A DNA stretch of 64,000 nt from Trichoplax sp. H2 (lineage: Eukaryota): contig NOWV01000173.1 in the NCBI GenBank assembly GCA_003344405.1, forward strand, positions 1 to 64,000, written 5' to 3'. Below, piece by piece: positions 12,001 through 26,404 of this stretch. Position 1 is the stretch's first letter; each line of letters starts with the position of its first letter. Under the pieces are notes generated by a model. The model had not been told where the DNA came from. It searched no databases and worked only from the letters and a program-made list of their open reading frames with translations. A program made the position numbers and the translations under genes.

Positions 12001-15000
12001 ATAGCATTTCTTGTGATTGTACCGTAAGCGAATACGCAGTATACCCAAGGCTTAACTTCAGAACTGAAAACTCGAACGATTTTGATGTAAGCATGCAAAC
12101 CCTCTACAAGCATCCAAGAGAATGATGATAGCAACGTAATATGTAGAACAAAGGTTGAGACGACGCAAACTATCTAAATTAAAATAAAGAAACCGCCGAA
12201 GTAAGATTTATAAAATAATTGTATGATAGTTCAAATTTTCTAACTTTGAATCAGGTGTATGTAATTATCACAAGATTATGAAGGTGCGCCATACAGAATT
12301 TACTTTTAAGATTGAGTAATTGTGGTAATTACTTGTAAATAATTCTCATAGCATTATACTGCCCTAGTTATTCGGCATATGCATTGCTGCACTGTTCAAA
12401 CAAGCTAGTTTTAACAACTTACAAAGTAATTAGACAATCCAAATGTCGTAATTATTAATATATCTGATATCAACAGATTTAGCATTACGTTGAAATGGAT
12501 AAATATTACTACTTTTCCTTCGAAATACCTAATTGAATGAATTTTAATTTTTAAATTAGTATACTAGATATGAATATATATGAACGTATTTTTATTTAGG
12601 AAAACATCTTAAAAATGATTTTGTACTTTAAGCTGGTCGTCTATACCTCCATAATACGATATAAAAGATCAAAGTAATGGCGAGACTTATTACCGATAAA
12701 CCACAGCCGATATAGGTTATAAGTTGCAATGATAATAATGTAGGTTCATCAGGCTAGAAAATAAGTTGAGTTATGATTATATTTACACGTGTCTACAATT
12801 TTGATGCGTTGGAAATTCTTGAACATAGTCAAGATGTCCCCTCAAGATCAGAGTTATTATTCACAGCCTACCGTGCTATTTGTTAACTGTACCAATAAAG
12901 CAAAATGTGTTAAATGATTGCAGTGGCAAATTGTTGTTGTTGCATTTGAAAAATTTTTAGTACACCCATAGTTAGACCAGTCACCAGTCGATTTATAGCT
13001 ATACAATTAAAATGTAAAATTACTATCTGATTCATTAAGTTATTTATCATCCTATATGGTTTTAATGTAGATGAGAAGACTCTATAGTACACTTCTATAG
13101 ATTCTGTAGCTTATCCTTACACAATGGTATTATGAACTATTTACGACGCTAGAATCCTAATATCTACTTAATTATATGGCATGAAATACTCGCAAAATCC
13201 ATCTTATATCGATCCGCACTTATCGTAAAATTCCCAAAATACACATTCATCCGTTGTATTCCTACTACTCGTTTCCTATAAAGTATAAATTTTTCACTCA
13301 TATTACAAAGTATTCCGATATTGACTTATAGTTTTGTTTAAAAAAGTGATATAAGATTGTGGAAATAAGTTTTTGCAAGTTTTATAAACATTTGATCCTG
13401 ACATTAGAATTTTGAGATATTATTTGGATACGCTCTATATTTGGCAATGCAAAGAAGCTAATTCTATACTCTGATTAATTATAATAAGTAGTACTAGTAT
13501 TAATTGATTTCTGATCTTAAATTCAACTCTAATATTGCCCCTAAATTGCGAAGATGATATCGCATTGAAATACTCCTGTAATTCTACTATATACGCTTCG
13601 ACTGAATAAATCCTTAGTAACGTGATAGGTCAATCAATTCATGTAATGATGTCAAGTTTAAATATAGTTGTTATTAACATTTTAGAGATGTTTTGCCATA
13701 CGATGATTCCTCATTCCAAAATGAAGGCTTGATGATCAAAGGGTGTAGCACTGTTATATGAACTTAGAAGAAGTAGGAAAAATTTTCTTCTTACCTGAAT
13801 ACGATTAAGAATAATTTCTATCGGCTGAATTAAATTAGAAACAGATCTATTACGAATGGCACTGGATAGAACTTGCGAGTTTATTCCAATCCTAGTATTA
13901 CCACCACTTGAGGTATAGTAAGATAGATATAATAACTTAATATTTTTAAATCTCTTCACAACTAATATAATTTCTGGTGATAGTACTTTCATGATAAGTG
14001 TACTATTCTAATTCTTAAATAATAATTTGCAAATCTCAATATAATCTTAAAAAAGTATGACAGCAACGGCTTGATCATCTTAAATAGCTTTTAAACTACG
14101 ACATACGTATTATAAAGCCGACTTACATAGCGGAATTTGCGTTTCCTGAATCTTGAGAATAAGGTAAGAACTCATTTAGAGACTTGTATATGAAGTTTGT
14201 TACACGAACATCGCTATCTTGACCTAAAAGTAGCAATTTCGAAAAAAATTGTATAAATTAACTAAACTGTTGTCATATAAGTACAACGATAATAGGAAAT
14301 TATATCAAACCGGAAAATATTTCCGCCGGCAATTTTATCTTATTTCCTGTCCACCATGAAGCTTGGTTTTGAGTGGAATTTGAAGGAAAAGTAATTCCGT
14401 CGAGGTTACCAGGCGGAATATTAGCCAATGTCATTACTTCCAAGTTACCATAAAAATTGATTATAACCATCATCATGAGCTATATTATTTATCTTTAATC
14501 CTTTAGCGAATGGTATATCGCTTCCGTTTAGTTATTACTGTTATACAGTATCACTTATGTTCATGCGTACTTATAATTAGCTAAGAAATAGGGGTCTCTT
14601 ACCAATGTTGGGTAGAGTTAGTGTTAATTCAGGTTCATCTTGTAACTCAAATTTACTGGCAAATAAGTCTAAGTTTTGCATAGTCTGAGCTGCTCCTGGT
14701 TCTTTCTATGTATCAAATTATATCAAAATTAAAAATATTTAACGATAGTTAAATTAATTTAATTTTGGCTCATGTAGAAATTAAACCATCAATACTAAAC
14801 AAGTGAGTGATCTATTACAACTAATTTTATACATAAAGTTTTACCGCTGAGATTGCTTCCCATTGTTCTTTATTTCTGTTATCTAGCAAATTATTACTGG
14901 TGGCAAGAAAGTTCTGTTGAAAGTAAAGTTATAAACCTGTAAAATATTGTTTTTACTACGTTGCACGTATGTTTTTATGAGGGCTACAAAAATAGAGTGG

Positions 15001-18000
15001 AGTAATATGATATAGTTGCTATTCCTTATAATCCTGTAAATTTTGTTATTAAAGTAAATACGTTTCAATTTTAACTTAATCAACTAGGAATATTTTTTAT
15101 TTATTGGAAGTAGTAAAACAGATACATGATATCTGATTCATACAGTCCGGAGCATACCTCTAGCTGATTAATACTCTTAACCACTGTTGATTCTCTGGCT
15201 ATTTTTTCTAATATGTTATTAGCAATCATCATATCTCCAGCTTGAATCGGCTTCGTAGTGTTTATAACAGTAACATTAGCAAGCTCTTGTAAAACTTCAG
15301 ACTTCACTTCTTCATTCTGTAAAGATACATTCTTAACCTAGAAATTGAGAAGTTGTAGTGAAATTCAGAGCTGTAAAATTAAAAAGTCATAATATCCGCT
15401 AAACGGCCGGCTCATTAACAGTAATAATAGATATATTCACATTATAGAACCTTAATTTAAAATCTATATTTAGGATATTGCAAATAATCAAATTATCATA
15501 CCATGGAGTCCAGTTGCACAAATACTGCCGTTCTACACTGAGTAGTATCAACAATACCCCAGGTTGCGAGTTCACTTGATGACTTTAGACATTGGCGATA
15601 AGCATTTCCTAAATAGTAAAGAGTTTTTGTGAGTATTTTAACTTCCATAACGATATAAGATTATAAATAGCCGCTGTTCAAATTATTTATTAGTATATAC
15701 GTAAGGATCTTATTTTACTCTCGGTTTTACCTTGCGCAGGAGCAACGCATTTAGCTGTGGTAGTAGATCCTGCGATTGTTGCAGTCCATAAGATACCTTC
15801 CCTTAATTCTTTAGAACAAAATGATGGGTGTTGTGAGGTTGCTTTAGGTCTAGTAGGAGTTATTGTTGTTCTAAAAGTTGTAGTAGGCCGAGTAGTATCA
15901 GTAGTTGGTGTAATCATCATTGTCTGACCAGCAAGAGTAGTAGGCAATGGTATCGTTGGTAACTTTTTTTGGTAAGAAAGACTGAGATTTACTTGAATCG
16001 ATTGGATGGCTGTTGAGATTTTGCAAGAATAGATTCCGCCATTCTCAGATTTCATACTATTAATAGTCAAAACTGAGGCTGTAGCATTAGATAAGATACT
16101 AATCTGCGACTCATTAAATCCCGAAGACGTAGATAGAGGTAATGGTTTATCATTGTGTAACCACAAGAAAGATATTTCGTCCAAAGCAACCAATGTGTGA
16201 CATACCATACTTATTCTAGTGCCATTCAAAGCCAGGTAACTATTTTCACTACCATCTCTTAATTTTTCTCTTGCAAATAATTTGACTGATTCAAATCCTA
16301 GCTCTAAAATATGAGATAGCATTCCAGTTAATATCAGCAATTTATTACGATATTAATATATGAAAATAACATTTGCCCTAAGATAGCGTTAAGAATATTA
16401 GTTTCATGGCCTCAATACTAATTCTGATGAGATAGCATTATTTCAAGCAATGCACATAGAAATTTTCTAATTTTTAATGAAGATTTCATTAAACTAAACT
16501 ACTTGTAAATGCTTAAACAATATTAATCGCAAACAGTTATAAAGTCGTCTAACTAATCAAACAAAGATTTATAGTAGATAAAGTATTCATAACTTGCAAA
16601 GTTTCTTCTCTTTTAATAATATTTTATGAGAAGATTATCAAAATTGGAAACTACAAAAGTATTCGGAATGAACCTACCTCCTTCGTAACCTAACTGATAA
16701 CCGTTGCTACCATCACGAACATCATCACTACGAAAATAAATCAAAACGACATTGCTCTGTATAGAGAATGGTTTGGGTAATGTTTTTCCACATTGCGGTG
16801 GAGTCGAAGCGCTAACTATGGCATCATTGCACTCTTGATTAGCAGCTTTTCCAGGTAAAACAAATATATAATCGTACGAACATGAACTTTCATATTCAAT
16901 ATTAAAGGAATTGAACCACAAAAAGATTACTTTGGTGTCATTTAGGATGATTCTTGAACAGCATCTTACTGATTCTGGATATGCATTTGGATAGTTTGGA
17001 GAGGTGATATTGGCGGAAAATTTCGTATAAATTTTTGAGCAAGAATTTGTATCTAAATTTTTAAAAATGAAGAAATCATTGTATTAATCTAGCAATTGAA
17101 AATTAAATCTGACTAAATCTAATTTTAAAAATTATTGAGAGATTGGAAATTTATATGGATTACATTTAAGTCAAAGGTTAGAAAATACAAATACACTAAC
17201 ACTTAAGATTAGTTTTACTTTAACTACTAACTGTATTTAAGGCATAAATTAAGAATATTTCATACTGCATGGCTATCATGGTTATATTTATTCAAGAATT
17301 AACTCACCTCGTGTAATTCGTGAGTTAATACGTGCCGATATGATTGGAAATGTCGCCTAGGTGAAAAAAATTAATATATACCAATGAATTCTTGATAGTC
17401 AATAACCAATAATATTTTATGCTTTAGATCAGTTTAAATAAGGATCTAGTTGTAGGGTTATTTTGGGATATTTATGCCTTAAAAGATTAATTTTATGCCA
17501 TTATAATGCTACTGCAGATGCAAAAAAGACTTTGGTGGAATTTTTATATTGGACTAATTAGGCTTCCTGCTACATAAAATCAAATTATCGCTTAAAATCT
17601 TTAAAAAGATAAGTGCTATTGATTTCATAAAGTCTCTAAAAACTCTGTTGGAGTCTAGTAAAATATCGACAGATAAATTTGGCATTGCTATTTTTCAACA
17701 AGCTATGATTTTTAACAGTTTTAGGTGTCTTTGACCATATTGTATCTCAATACTAAATTTTAAAAGTTTTACAATACAAATTTCTCCAATATTATTTAAA
17801 AATTTAAATGATACTAATTCATGACATGTTACAAGTTAAAGTAATGAATGTTCACTAATAAACCCTTTGAAATATCTAAAAAATCAGTCTCTTGAGTGCT
17901 CAAGTGACTTCTCTATCAGCTAATGACACGTATCATCACTGGCTGCTTAAAAACTTCAAGTATTTTATTTTGTAAACTTAGAAATTTCTTTCGTACCAAT

Positions 18001-18047
18001 AATGCTGCTGCCAATATGATGACATTTAGACAAGTACAAGTTTTCAT
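9046..18047 (-). CDS. Adhesion G protein-coupled receptor: SP-CUB-Ig-Thr-rich stalk-HormR-GAIN/GPS-7TM, about 20+ exons
   Basis: Exons: 18047-17997 and 17356-17308 (MKTCTCLNVIILAAALL/ATFPIISA signal peptide); 17052-16678 CUB (ITSPNYPNAYP..C..FNSFNIE..CSYDY..CG..FRSD); ~16300-15731 Ig (C..W..LTI..GIYSC), Thr-rich, HormR start; 15608-15502 (GNAYRQC..TWG..QC); GAIN exons ~15337-13795; CVFW ~13230; GPS ~12998-12873 (GDWSNYGC..CHCNHL/THFALLV); TM exons 12754-10876 (ITYIGCGLS, FSWMLVEGLH, CWL..GFIIPV, LLPLLGSGW, NSLQ/GFFLFIFH); tail exons to TAG at 9048-9046. Confidence 0.92.
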
Positions 18048-18455
18048 GATTGCTGTGAAAATTTCTACCGACTTAAGTAATGCTCTCTATCCAATTTCAG
18101 AAGGCTACCAAATATTTCGCTCTTTACGTGACTTGGTCAGTTTAGAAAATGTTGAATGAAGATTTGATTATATAATTATATACCGGCACTTTTATAATCT
18201 CTAGCCTAGATATGAATTTTTGACACATATTTTATTTTGCATAAATTATCTCTGTTTGCTGTTAAATAATTACTATTGCATACCGATTTCATGTTTTAAG
18301 AGAATAAGATTGGTGTAATAATTGGTCATTTCTTTAATGTAAAGGAAATGGGAAAATTTCTATTATCCATTTATTTACAAACTAATGTAAATTCCTACAT
18401 AGTCATGTACGAGTCATATTTTGGAATAAATATAATCAAAAGTATAAATATTAAG

Positions 18456-18475
18456 TATATATATATATATATATA
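18456..18475. repeat. (TA)10 microsatellite
   Basis: Directly visible upstream of the aGPCR start. Confidence 0.9.
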
Positions 18476-19579
18476 CAATTAACTTATTATTAGAATTATA
18501 AAATTCCTTTACTTCCGCGTTATAAAGTTATCGTTCATTTCACTGGCAAATAACAAATATATATTTATGAGAAAAAACTTAAGGTATTACAGAGGTTCAT
18601 ATCCAGATAAATCTTGCATATGCATTAATTTTCAGGCGATTTATTATATCTTATTAGATAAACGAGTCCTCTTGTCTATCTTCTGTTCGAATCAGCAGTT
18701 TCTGATGATTTTCAGATATGACGTAGATCATGTTTACTTCGCGCACAGAAGGTATAATAAGTCAACAGGCTTACTCTAAACCACTCATGCTAATAGTAAA
18801 TTTATGGGCAATACGTTGATGATTGATCAAAGGCTTCATACTCTCAGTTTGAATCATACTAAATCAATCTACTCTCAACAAACGCATTATGTACACATAG
18901 CAATATTCTGTCATTGTTAATGGATAATATATGATTTGATAAAGCATATGTACAAATAAAAATTTTCAAAGTAATTCTGAACATATTTGCTGGTAAACAT
19001 AGGCTATTACGTGAGATAGAAATTGAAGTGACTATCTCATTATAATAATTTGCTAGCATTGAGGCACGATCTTAAACAGTATTTGTAATAATCTAAATGT
19101 ATCTACTTTAACCAGTTACGCAAGTGATCTTTTTTTACCAAAATGGCATAGTTGTTGCTTAAGGTGGTGCAATATGAACGTTTAACAAATTCTAGCGAAA
19201 AGTTTAGGTTTATTAACAAATCAGCTCCTAGAGGGTTGTTTCAAGTCTAGTTAAATTACCTCGACTGCTAACAAAACCGTTTATATTGATGAAATTTACT
19301 GGTAATATTACGTTGTAGTATGAGAATTATTAAATGTTAAATTCCAAGAATTGAAGATCAGCGTCAAAAGTTCTTAGAATTTATTGGATTTAATGATGTC
19401 ATTTATCGGTGCTATGAGGTATACGTAATACATATTCATGAACATTTTCTTAGAACTCAGAAGCAATACAGTATATCATTCTAAGAATTGAAATATGTTT
19501 TGATGACTTAGCTATATGTAATGAAATGAAATATGTAGAGATCAAGCTACAAAACTTTAACGAACTTTGATTCTACTTT

Positions 19580-20450
19580 CGTTGCACTCCGGTCGACGTA
19601 ACGTAACTTTCACACAAAATAAAATTTGGGGAAATAATCGAACAACAATTTATTACAAAACAAAAATGGAGAGAAGTATAAACCGAACAACCTTACAAAT
19701 ACTTAGCTTTAAGTATTAATAAAATAAGTCACAGACTTAAAAACTGTCGACGACCAAACAACCTTTCAAAAAGAAGAACGTTTTAACTTACGACAATTCG
19801 TCCCCGAAGGCCTTTTAAATTCAACAAGTTCTTCAAATAAAATTTTCTTCTACTCTCTCTCTCTAAATTTTCTAATTGTACTATCATTTATAGGCTTCGT
19901 AGAGCCGTCAGAGGTATTTAAAACTAAACATTTGCTAACCAATCGCTCTTAAGATCCGTTTTAGAAAACTACTTTGCACCATTTAAGAAAACCAAAATCT
20001 TTCAAAGTTCAGACACAATTTACACTACGATTCCCTTACAAAACACTATAAAACCAACAAGTTAACTATGAAAATACATCAAACTTCACTTCTAACATAA
20101 TTTCTATCATTAATGCACTATAAAAGTCTAAAAATTAACCTTTAAATATCAAGATTTAGTCATAAAAATAACATTCTAACTACTTAACAATTAACACAAC
20201 CTCTGCCAACTTCCACCTTATTTTCTGTTTTCCTCACTAAATTTTCCTAATGTGACTTTCATTTACCCTTTCATGTCACGTCATAAAATTCCATAGTTTC
20301 AAATTCATAACAAATAGTTCAAATTTCAAAAATAAACTCTTATGATATTTTCCATGAACAAAAATCCAAAAATTAAAACAGGAAAATTATATCGGACATA
20401 AATCCGATCGGTTCCGGAATCCGAAAAATCCGGATTTTATAAAGATCACA
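19580..20450 (-). mobile_element. Putative solo-LTR-like or other insertion
   Basis: Block is G-poor and A/C-rich on the + strand, unlike its flanks. The minus strand begins TGTGATC with clustered TCCG/CGGA motifs and contains cctataaat followed by a (GA)n tract. No ORF, and no matching target-site duplication seen. Confidence 0.4.
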
Positions 20451-23400
20451 GTAATTGCTATATCGCTTATCAAAAAATTGTAAATGACTATTACGACTAC
20501 TTTTCAGACATTAGTATCGCTGAGTATTGACAGTTGATGTTTTAGCGACAGACTGTACGCTAACTGTACGATTATAGACTACATTACAGTACTTTACTGC
20601 CATGTTATAAATCCCTTTTCTCTAAGGATAGGGTTTTGTTACTAAGTCAAATTCCTTTACAATTTGAATAGACGATCAAACGTCCTTTCTTTAGATTAGG
20701 CAATTGCTCTAGGGCTATTTCTATAGTAATGTATATATAATACCTTGTAAAATAATGAAGAAGAAAAGATGGCGACATGATGATTTGGCAGGGTAAAATT
20801 TAAAGACACTATCACTTTCTAGGTATTTTCTAAAGTAAAATAATACTAGTTACATACTAAAAGCTATAAAGGGCTCTACTTTTAGTCCTTTACTACATAT
20901 AATTTGCATTGCTAAATAATATTATACTGAACACCCTTAAAAATTTTAAATACTAAATGGTATAATCTAGTCCCAAAATCTGAAAATTTCCTATTTGGGC
21001 ATAATCAACCCAGATATATAACCGACCATCTTGCAAAAGGCAAAGCTGAAACATATGGATTATATACGAAATGATCATTGGTTTATACAAGATCGAAATT
21101 TGCTAGTAGAAATGTTGCATACGAAAAGTATGTGTTTTTAGATCTATAAAATCGTTCTAGTCTATTGATGTACCCATTAAAATATTTTTAACGTCGAACT
21201 ATCTTATCAAGCATCTTTAATATGTTAAGCGAAAATTATGATTTTATATTCCATTGATCACATTTAAGCAATACACAGTTTGTATCTACGAATCAGCGTA
21301 ATATTTATTAGCTAAATTTCACAGTTGATGATAATCGATAATATAAATTTCATTGTAAGTTACGGAAAAAAATTAAAAACTGCTGCTACAATTAGATGAG
21401 ATCTTTACAGCTAGTTTTATACTTGATTAGAAGGTACCTTCCTCCATCATGGCTTTCGTGATCTTGAAATGGTTGTTACGCATTTGTGAAGCTCTCCAGA
21501 TATCTGATAGTCGTCTGAAGACAGCTTTATTTCTACTTATTTATCTACTAAAAGCGCTTACTGACTATTAATTAAATTTTATTTATTCTAGTCTAATCTC
21601 AACTGAACTGACATGCTTGTGTTTAATAATCTAGACAAATATTCGGTCATATGAATAGGAATGCTTATGAGTGCTAATTATATTCTTTTTACGAGCCTAT
21701 TACAATCTCAAGATTTTCAGAGTTTCTTGCATTGTATACGAAATATTAATATTTGATTTTGATATTTTTTACCAAACATTAGAAACTTTATCAACATGCT
21801 GCAGTTAAAGCGTTCATTATTACTCCGGTACTAGACATAAATTATATTTCGCACCCTTTTTACCGTAAATACCGTGTACAGGTTCGGTAATTTCAGCAAC
21901 TATCATCTAGAAATTTTAACTGATTTAGGTAATAACATGTTTTTATAAAATGTACTGGCTATTTAAAGTAAAGCACTATGACGTAGAATAGTTGCTACGC
22001 TTAATAAAGTAATATTAGATAATTGCTGTTATGATAAATCGATATACTTTGATGGCTCAAATTTTAAGTTTCCAAATTGTGAAGCTATCGAGATTAAGAA
22101 CATATTCACTACAACAGTATATTATACAATTCGCTTTAGCCGTATTGGCTAAAATATTCCAGTAATTATTCAGGGTTTCATAGATACAGTAAATGGCTCA
22201 TGAATACTTCTGTTATAAGTTTATTAATTATAATGAAAGTGCTACTAGATGAAATTCCTGAACCAGGAACTTGAAATCTTCTTACTGTAAGGTACTTTGC
22301 AACTGGCATTTATTAGACTATACTGTATCCCTTCATTATAAGTCTAATTTACTTGAATTGGAAGTTTAAACTTGTTGCTCATAAACGCATATATTTTCTA
22401 ACTGTAATCCTTTACATTTAAATAGCTATGAAATTGGTATTAACCAAACACCATATGATTCATGTACTTTCTGCAACAGAATGACAACATTAACGTTGGA
22501 TATCATGGAAAATCACTATCAGGATTCTCCCTACGGTCTCTTTAGAAACTTTAGCCAAAGCCTTCACAGAAATCTGAACAGTCTTGCAGTTGAATTGATA
22601 AATACATTTATAGAGAAGTAACGTTAAGTCACTTTAACGCTAACACTGAGATTGCTAAAGAGTAATAATCAAATGAGCATATCATGATAAGATCAATCAG
22701 TAGGTGCGATGTGTTGCATATTACTATGTAGAGTTAATACTAACAACCGTATTGAAAGCTCGTGCTACTCTCAATTAGTGTGGAGACAAGGATTTGAACA
22801 CGAAGCTGAAGTTATTGTAAAACTAACTACTAACTTTAACTCTCTCTTTGTATTAAAAAAATTGTGGCTTATATACCTGGGCCGTTCACACTTATAAAGC
22901 AATGTAATCGCAAGTTTGTGTAACAGTAGATTCACTAGTGCACGCAGCACAATCCATGATTAACACTTAGAATTAATAAGTGCAAAATATCACATTTGGA
23001 TAATACTATAAATAATTAATAAATGTATTAATGCTATATATAGAAATATATCGTATTAAATGTACAATTTAATAAATATAGCGTAGCATCGTAGATAATA
23101 CGATGTATTTAGTATTACTGATTTGAACTATAAAATTGAATCTGATTCAATATCAGTATCCTTCTATACGATATGTTTCAACTACTGCACTTTTAGGACG
23201 ATAAAAAATGTAATAATTATGAAACCGGTAAAAAATATTCAGTATCATTGATGAAACTAACATTGCCAATATAGCTAATTTTGATAATTAAAAATTGGCT
23301 ACACTTGCTTATTCTTAAATTAGTAAGAAGTGATGAAAAACTTATTCTTGGCCAATCAGATTATTAAATGTTCGATGTTCAAGATATTAACAGAAAAAAC

Positions 23401-26400
23401 TGTACAATGTTACGTATTCGATAGATAAATTGTCATTATAAAGCTTGATGCCGATTTTATTTAAGAAATTACAACCGATATTGTCTTTGCAGAAATTAAC
23501 TGGCTTCTCGTTTAGCCTCATCAGCACAAAGCCATGAAAAACATCATGTCAATAGGTTGTTAACCATTGGTATAACTGGTCTATTAGCTGTGCATGTGTC
23601 GCTGTTGTGGTATTCCGCAGGGAATATGAATAAATACACAAATGAAGCGGAGGACTAGTAGTGAGTCAAAGTCTTGAAATTTTATTGCCAGATCATACGT
23701 CAGATAGAGCATATTAAAATTCTTTAGTTGACTTGACTGGTGCAATCTACATTAAAGTTTATCATCAAAAGTTTAAATTTAATTGTAGAAAAAATAATTG
23801 TTACTACTTTATCTAAATCTTTAAGGTTAATATGAAATATCCTGACAAAAAATGTATTGACTACGAATAAATCTGCGAGGGTTCACTTAAATGGTTCAAT
23901 CTAAGTGCTAAATAGACGAAATATATTTACAGATTACAACATATTCCTGCAATAAATAAGGCTATTGATCTTAAGATTAAGTTCACGGAACGTAAACACC
24001 GTTTACTATAATGTGCGAGTACGACTGTAATTTTAACCCCTATTCAACAGGTTTACCAAAACGCTCCGCAGCTTCGCCACACCAAAAAATTTAAATATTA
24101 TGATAAATTATTAAGTCTACGGATGAATCATAGGAATGATTGCAGTCGTAGCATTGGCCGTGACCAATCTTTAAGGACAAAATCATTCTTAGGAATGGCC
24201 GTAACATATATGCTACTGTAAGGCAAGTGTATGAGTACACTGATAATAGCGATCTTGGCCTAGACGGTAACTTGATTATTGAGGGAGAGAAGAAGGATCT
24301 GTGAAAGTGGGCGATTAGTTGTTTTCTAGCAGAATTTTAATAGAATTCGTAGAATTTACGATGCATATTTTTTAACATTATGGTAATGGCTAAAGGAATA
24401 CATGTAGTGGGTATAAAAATGCATCTATTTCGCTTAAAGTTCAAACTAGTGAAAGTAGCATAATATAAAATTATGCTACTTTGAAATAACGTACAATAAT
24501 TCGAACTGTAAGATTAAACGCTTATAAAACTGTTATACGTAACTGCCAAAAATTAATCATCCTTTCTCCATACTGTTTTATACACGTACAGAATAATTTA
24601 ATTGCATTGTATGATATGCAAATGAGCGGCTCAATAAAGTACATAAAAACTACCCGTTTGTTACTTAGGCCAATAAAAGAGAGGAAAATAATGAAGAAGA
24701 TGATTTGAACGTAAAACTATGGCGGCCTCTTGGGATTACTTTTCAATTGTATGATGTAACCGTGGCCAATCTTACAACCACGAAAACGGCAATCCATCAA
24801 GATTAAGCAACCTATTCTAGCAATTTCGCCGTTGGAGTCGTGTTTGAGTCAAGCTAAAGACCATACTTATTGCATCCTTACTTCATGATTTATGTTTCTG
24901 AAGATGAATTAATGTCATTGCCTTAAGTAAACTTACGACCTTTAACTAAAGAATATTTATTCAGAGGTTATCTCCAAGAATAGTTGTACGAATTTAGGTA
25001 GCATTAATTCCTTTACAGAACGAAAATTAAATTTATTCTTCGCTTTTTGTACTGTAGTTTAGAATTTTATTAAAGATAAACTTAGATAATCGATTAATTA
25101 CGGATTTTTCAGAGCAATTTAGTGATATCTACTGTATCGATAGATTATAGAAATTAAAATATAGATATACTAATGGAATTTTCTATCCTAAATTCATCAC
25201 TATGTTAACTATATCTAGAATCTGCACTGCACGACATCTCTCTGATGCAAGCAGACGTATCTGCTCTAGTACGAATTTTTCTGGTGCAACATTCTACAGT
25301 TTTTTAAATTTATTCTAAGCACTTTGATTGACGGAACGAAAAATTTTCCTCTTTAAAGTCAAAGAACAGACGGTATTTGCACTGGGATACTCATGTAAGT
25401 AAATGTTTTCGTAAATTGTATTTGATTTAAACCCGCTAATCACTGTTATTACATTAAGATAAACTTTTTATAGTCGCTGGGCAACAATTATATAGTAATC
25501 TTACTTCCGAACGATATCATATGTTGTGATATTAGCTAGTTCAGACTGTAAAATTAATGTCTGTTTACTTGCTTGCTGTGTACATCTTTACCAATCTGTA
25601 TAAAGTTATACTGATTTCGGTTATGATATTTAATAGTAAGAATCAAGTTATAAAGCTGGTCTTGTATGTGAATTTATAAGAGATAGGATACCATGACTAC
25701 CTTTTATTCCACTTTTAGCAGTAAATAATTACTTTTAGTCTTGGTTTAAATACGATACTTCTACTGATTTAATTAATATACCTAAGAAAGGTATCGCATA
25801 AGCAATCTAAATTATTCTATTTTTCTTTATTTGAAAACGTTCCGATTTAATTAATACCGTGTCTCATAGCATCATTTATTTTAACATAAATATATATTTA
25901 CGACTTTTCTACTAATTGGATAAGACGAAAATAAATTAGTTATCATTCTAAACTCTAACATTCGAAAATGTAGTTATTCCCAGTCAGTCTATCAGAAGAT
26001 CTTTCCCCTTAGCAATCAAGTACTATAAAATTATAGAGACCGATATATTTAAGGTCATCTTTGTAGGCAAATTAACGGTTTCTGAATGATAATTACTCTT
26101 CCAATGAACCGATTTCTTCTCATGAAAATAATTAATTCAAGGGAAGTAGAATGTGCGCCCGTTACCTTATTCAACGCTCATTTTCCTATAGGGATATTGC
26201 ATAGTAATTGCGTTTAAGATTTATAGCTTCTACATTCGACTTACAGCTGCTATGCTTTAATCACTTCTTCTACGTACGATATTTCGATGTATATAACTCT
26301 TTAACATTAGATTAACACTACTTGTATAATAAACTGCGTTACCTGTTTATTCAGTTCAGTAGACTATGAACTATAAGAAAAGAGAAAATATTTCCGAAAC

Positions 26401-26404
26401 TAGA

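Noticed and set aside
12910-13092. ORF-track peptide with QQQQ
   Set aside because: Wrong frame of the aGPCR GPS exon.
14883-15083. Apparent premature stop in the aGPCR GAIN region
   Set aside because: Using the acceptor near 14915 gives the open frame NFLATSNNLLDNRNKEQWEAISA.
17923-18159. Plus-strand 78-aa ORF
   Set aside because: Antisense to the aGPCR signal-peptide exon, with no recognisable motif.
21400-25000. Scattered exon-like segments (e.g. ~22480-22620, 23490-23660, 24051-24220)
   Set aside because: Could not be spliced into a coherent frame or assigned to a family; at most decayed sequence.
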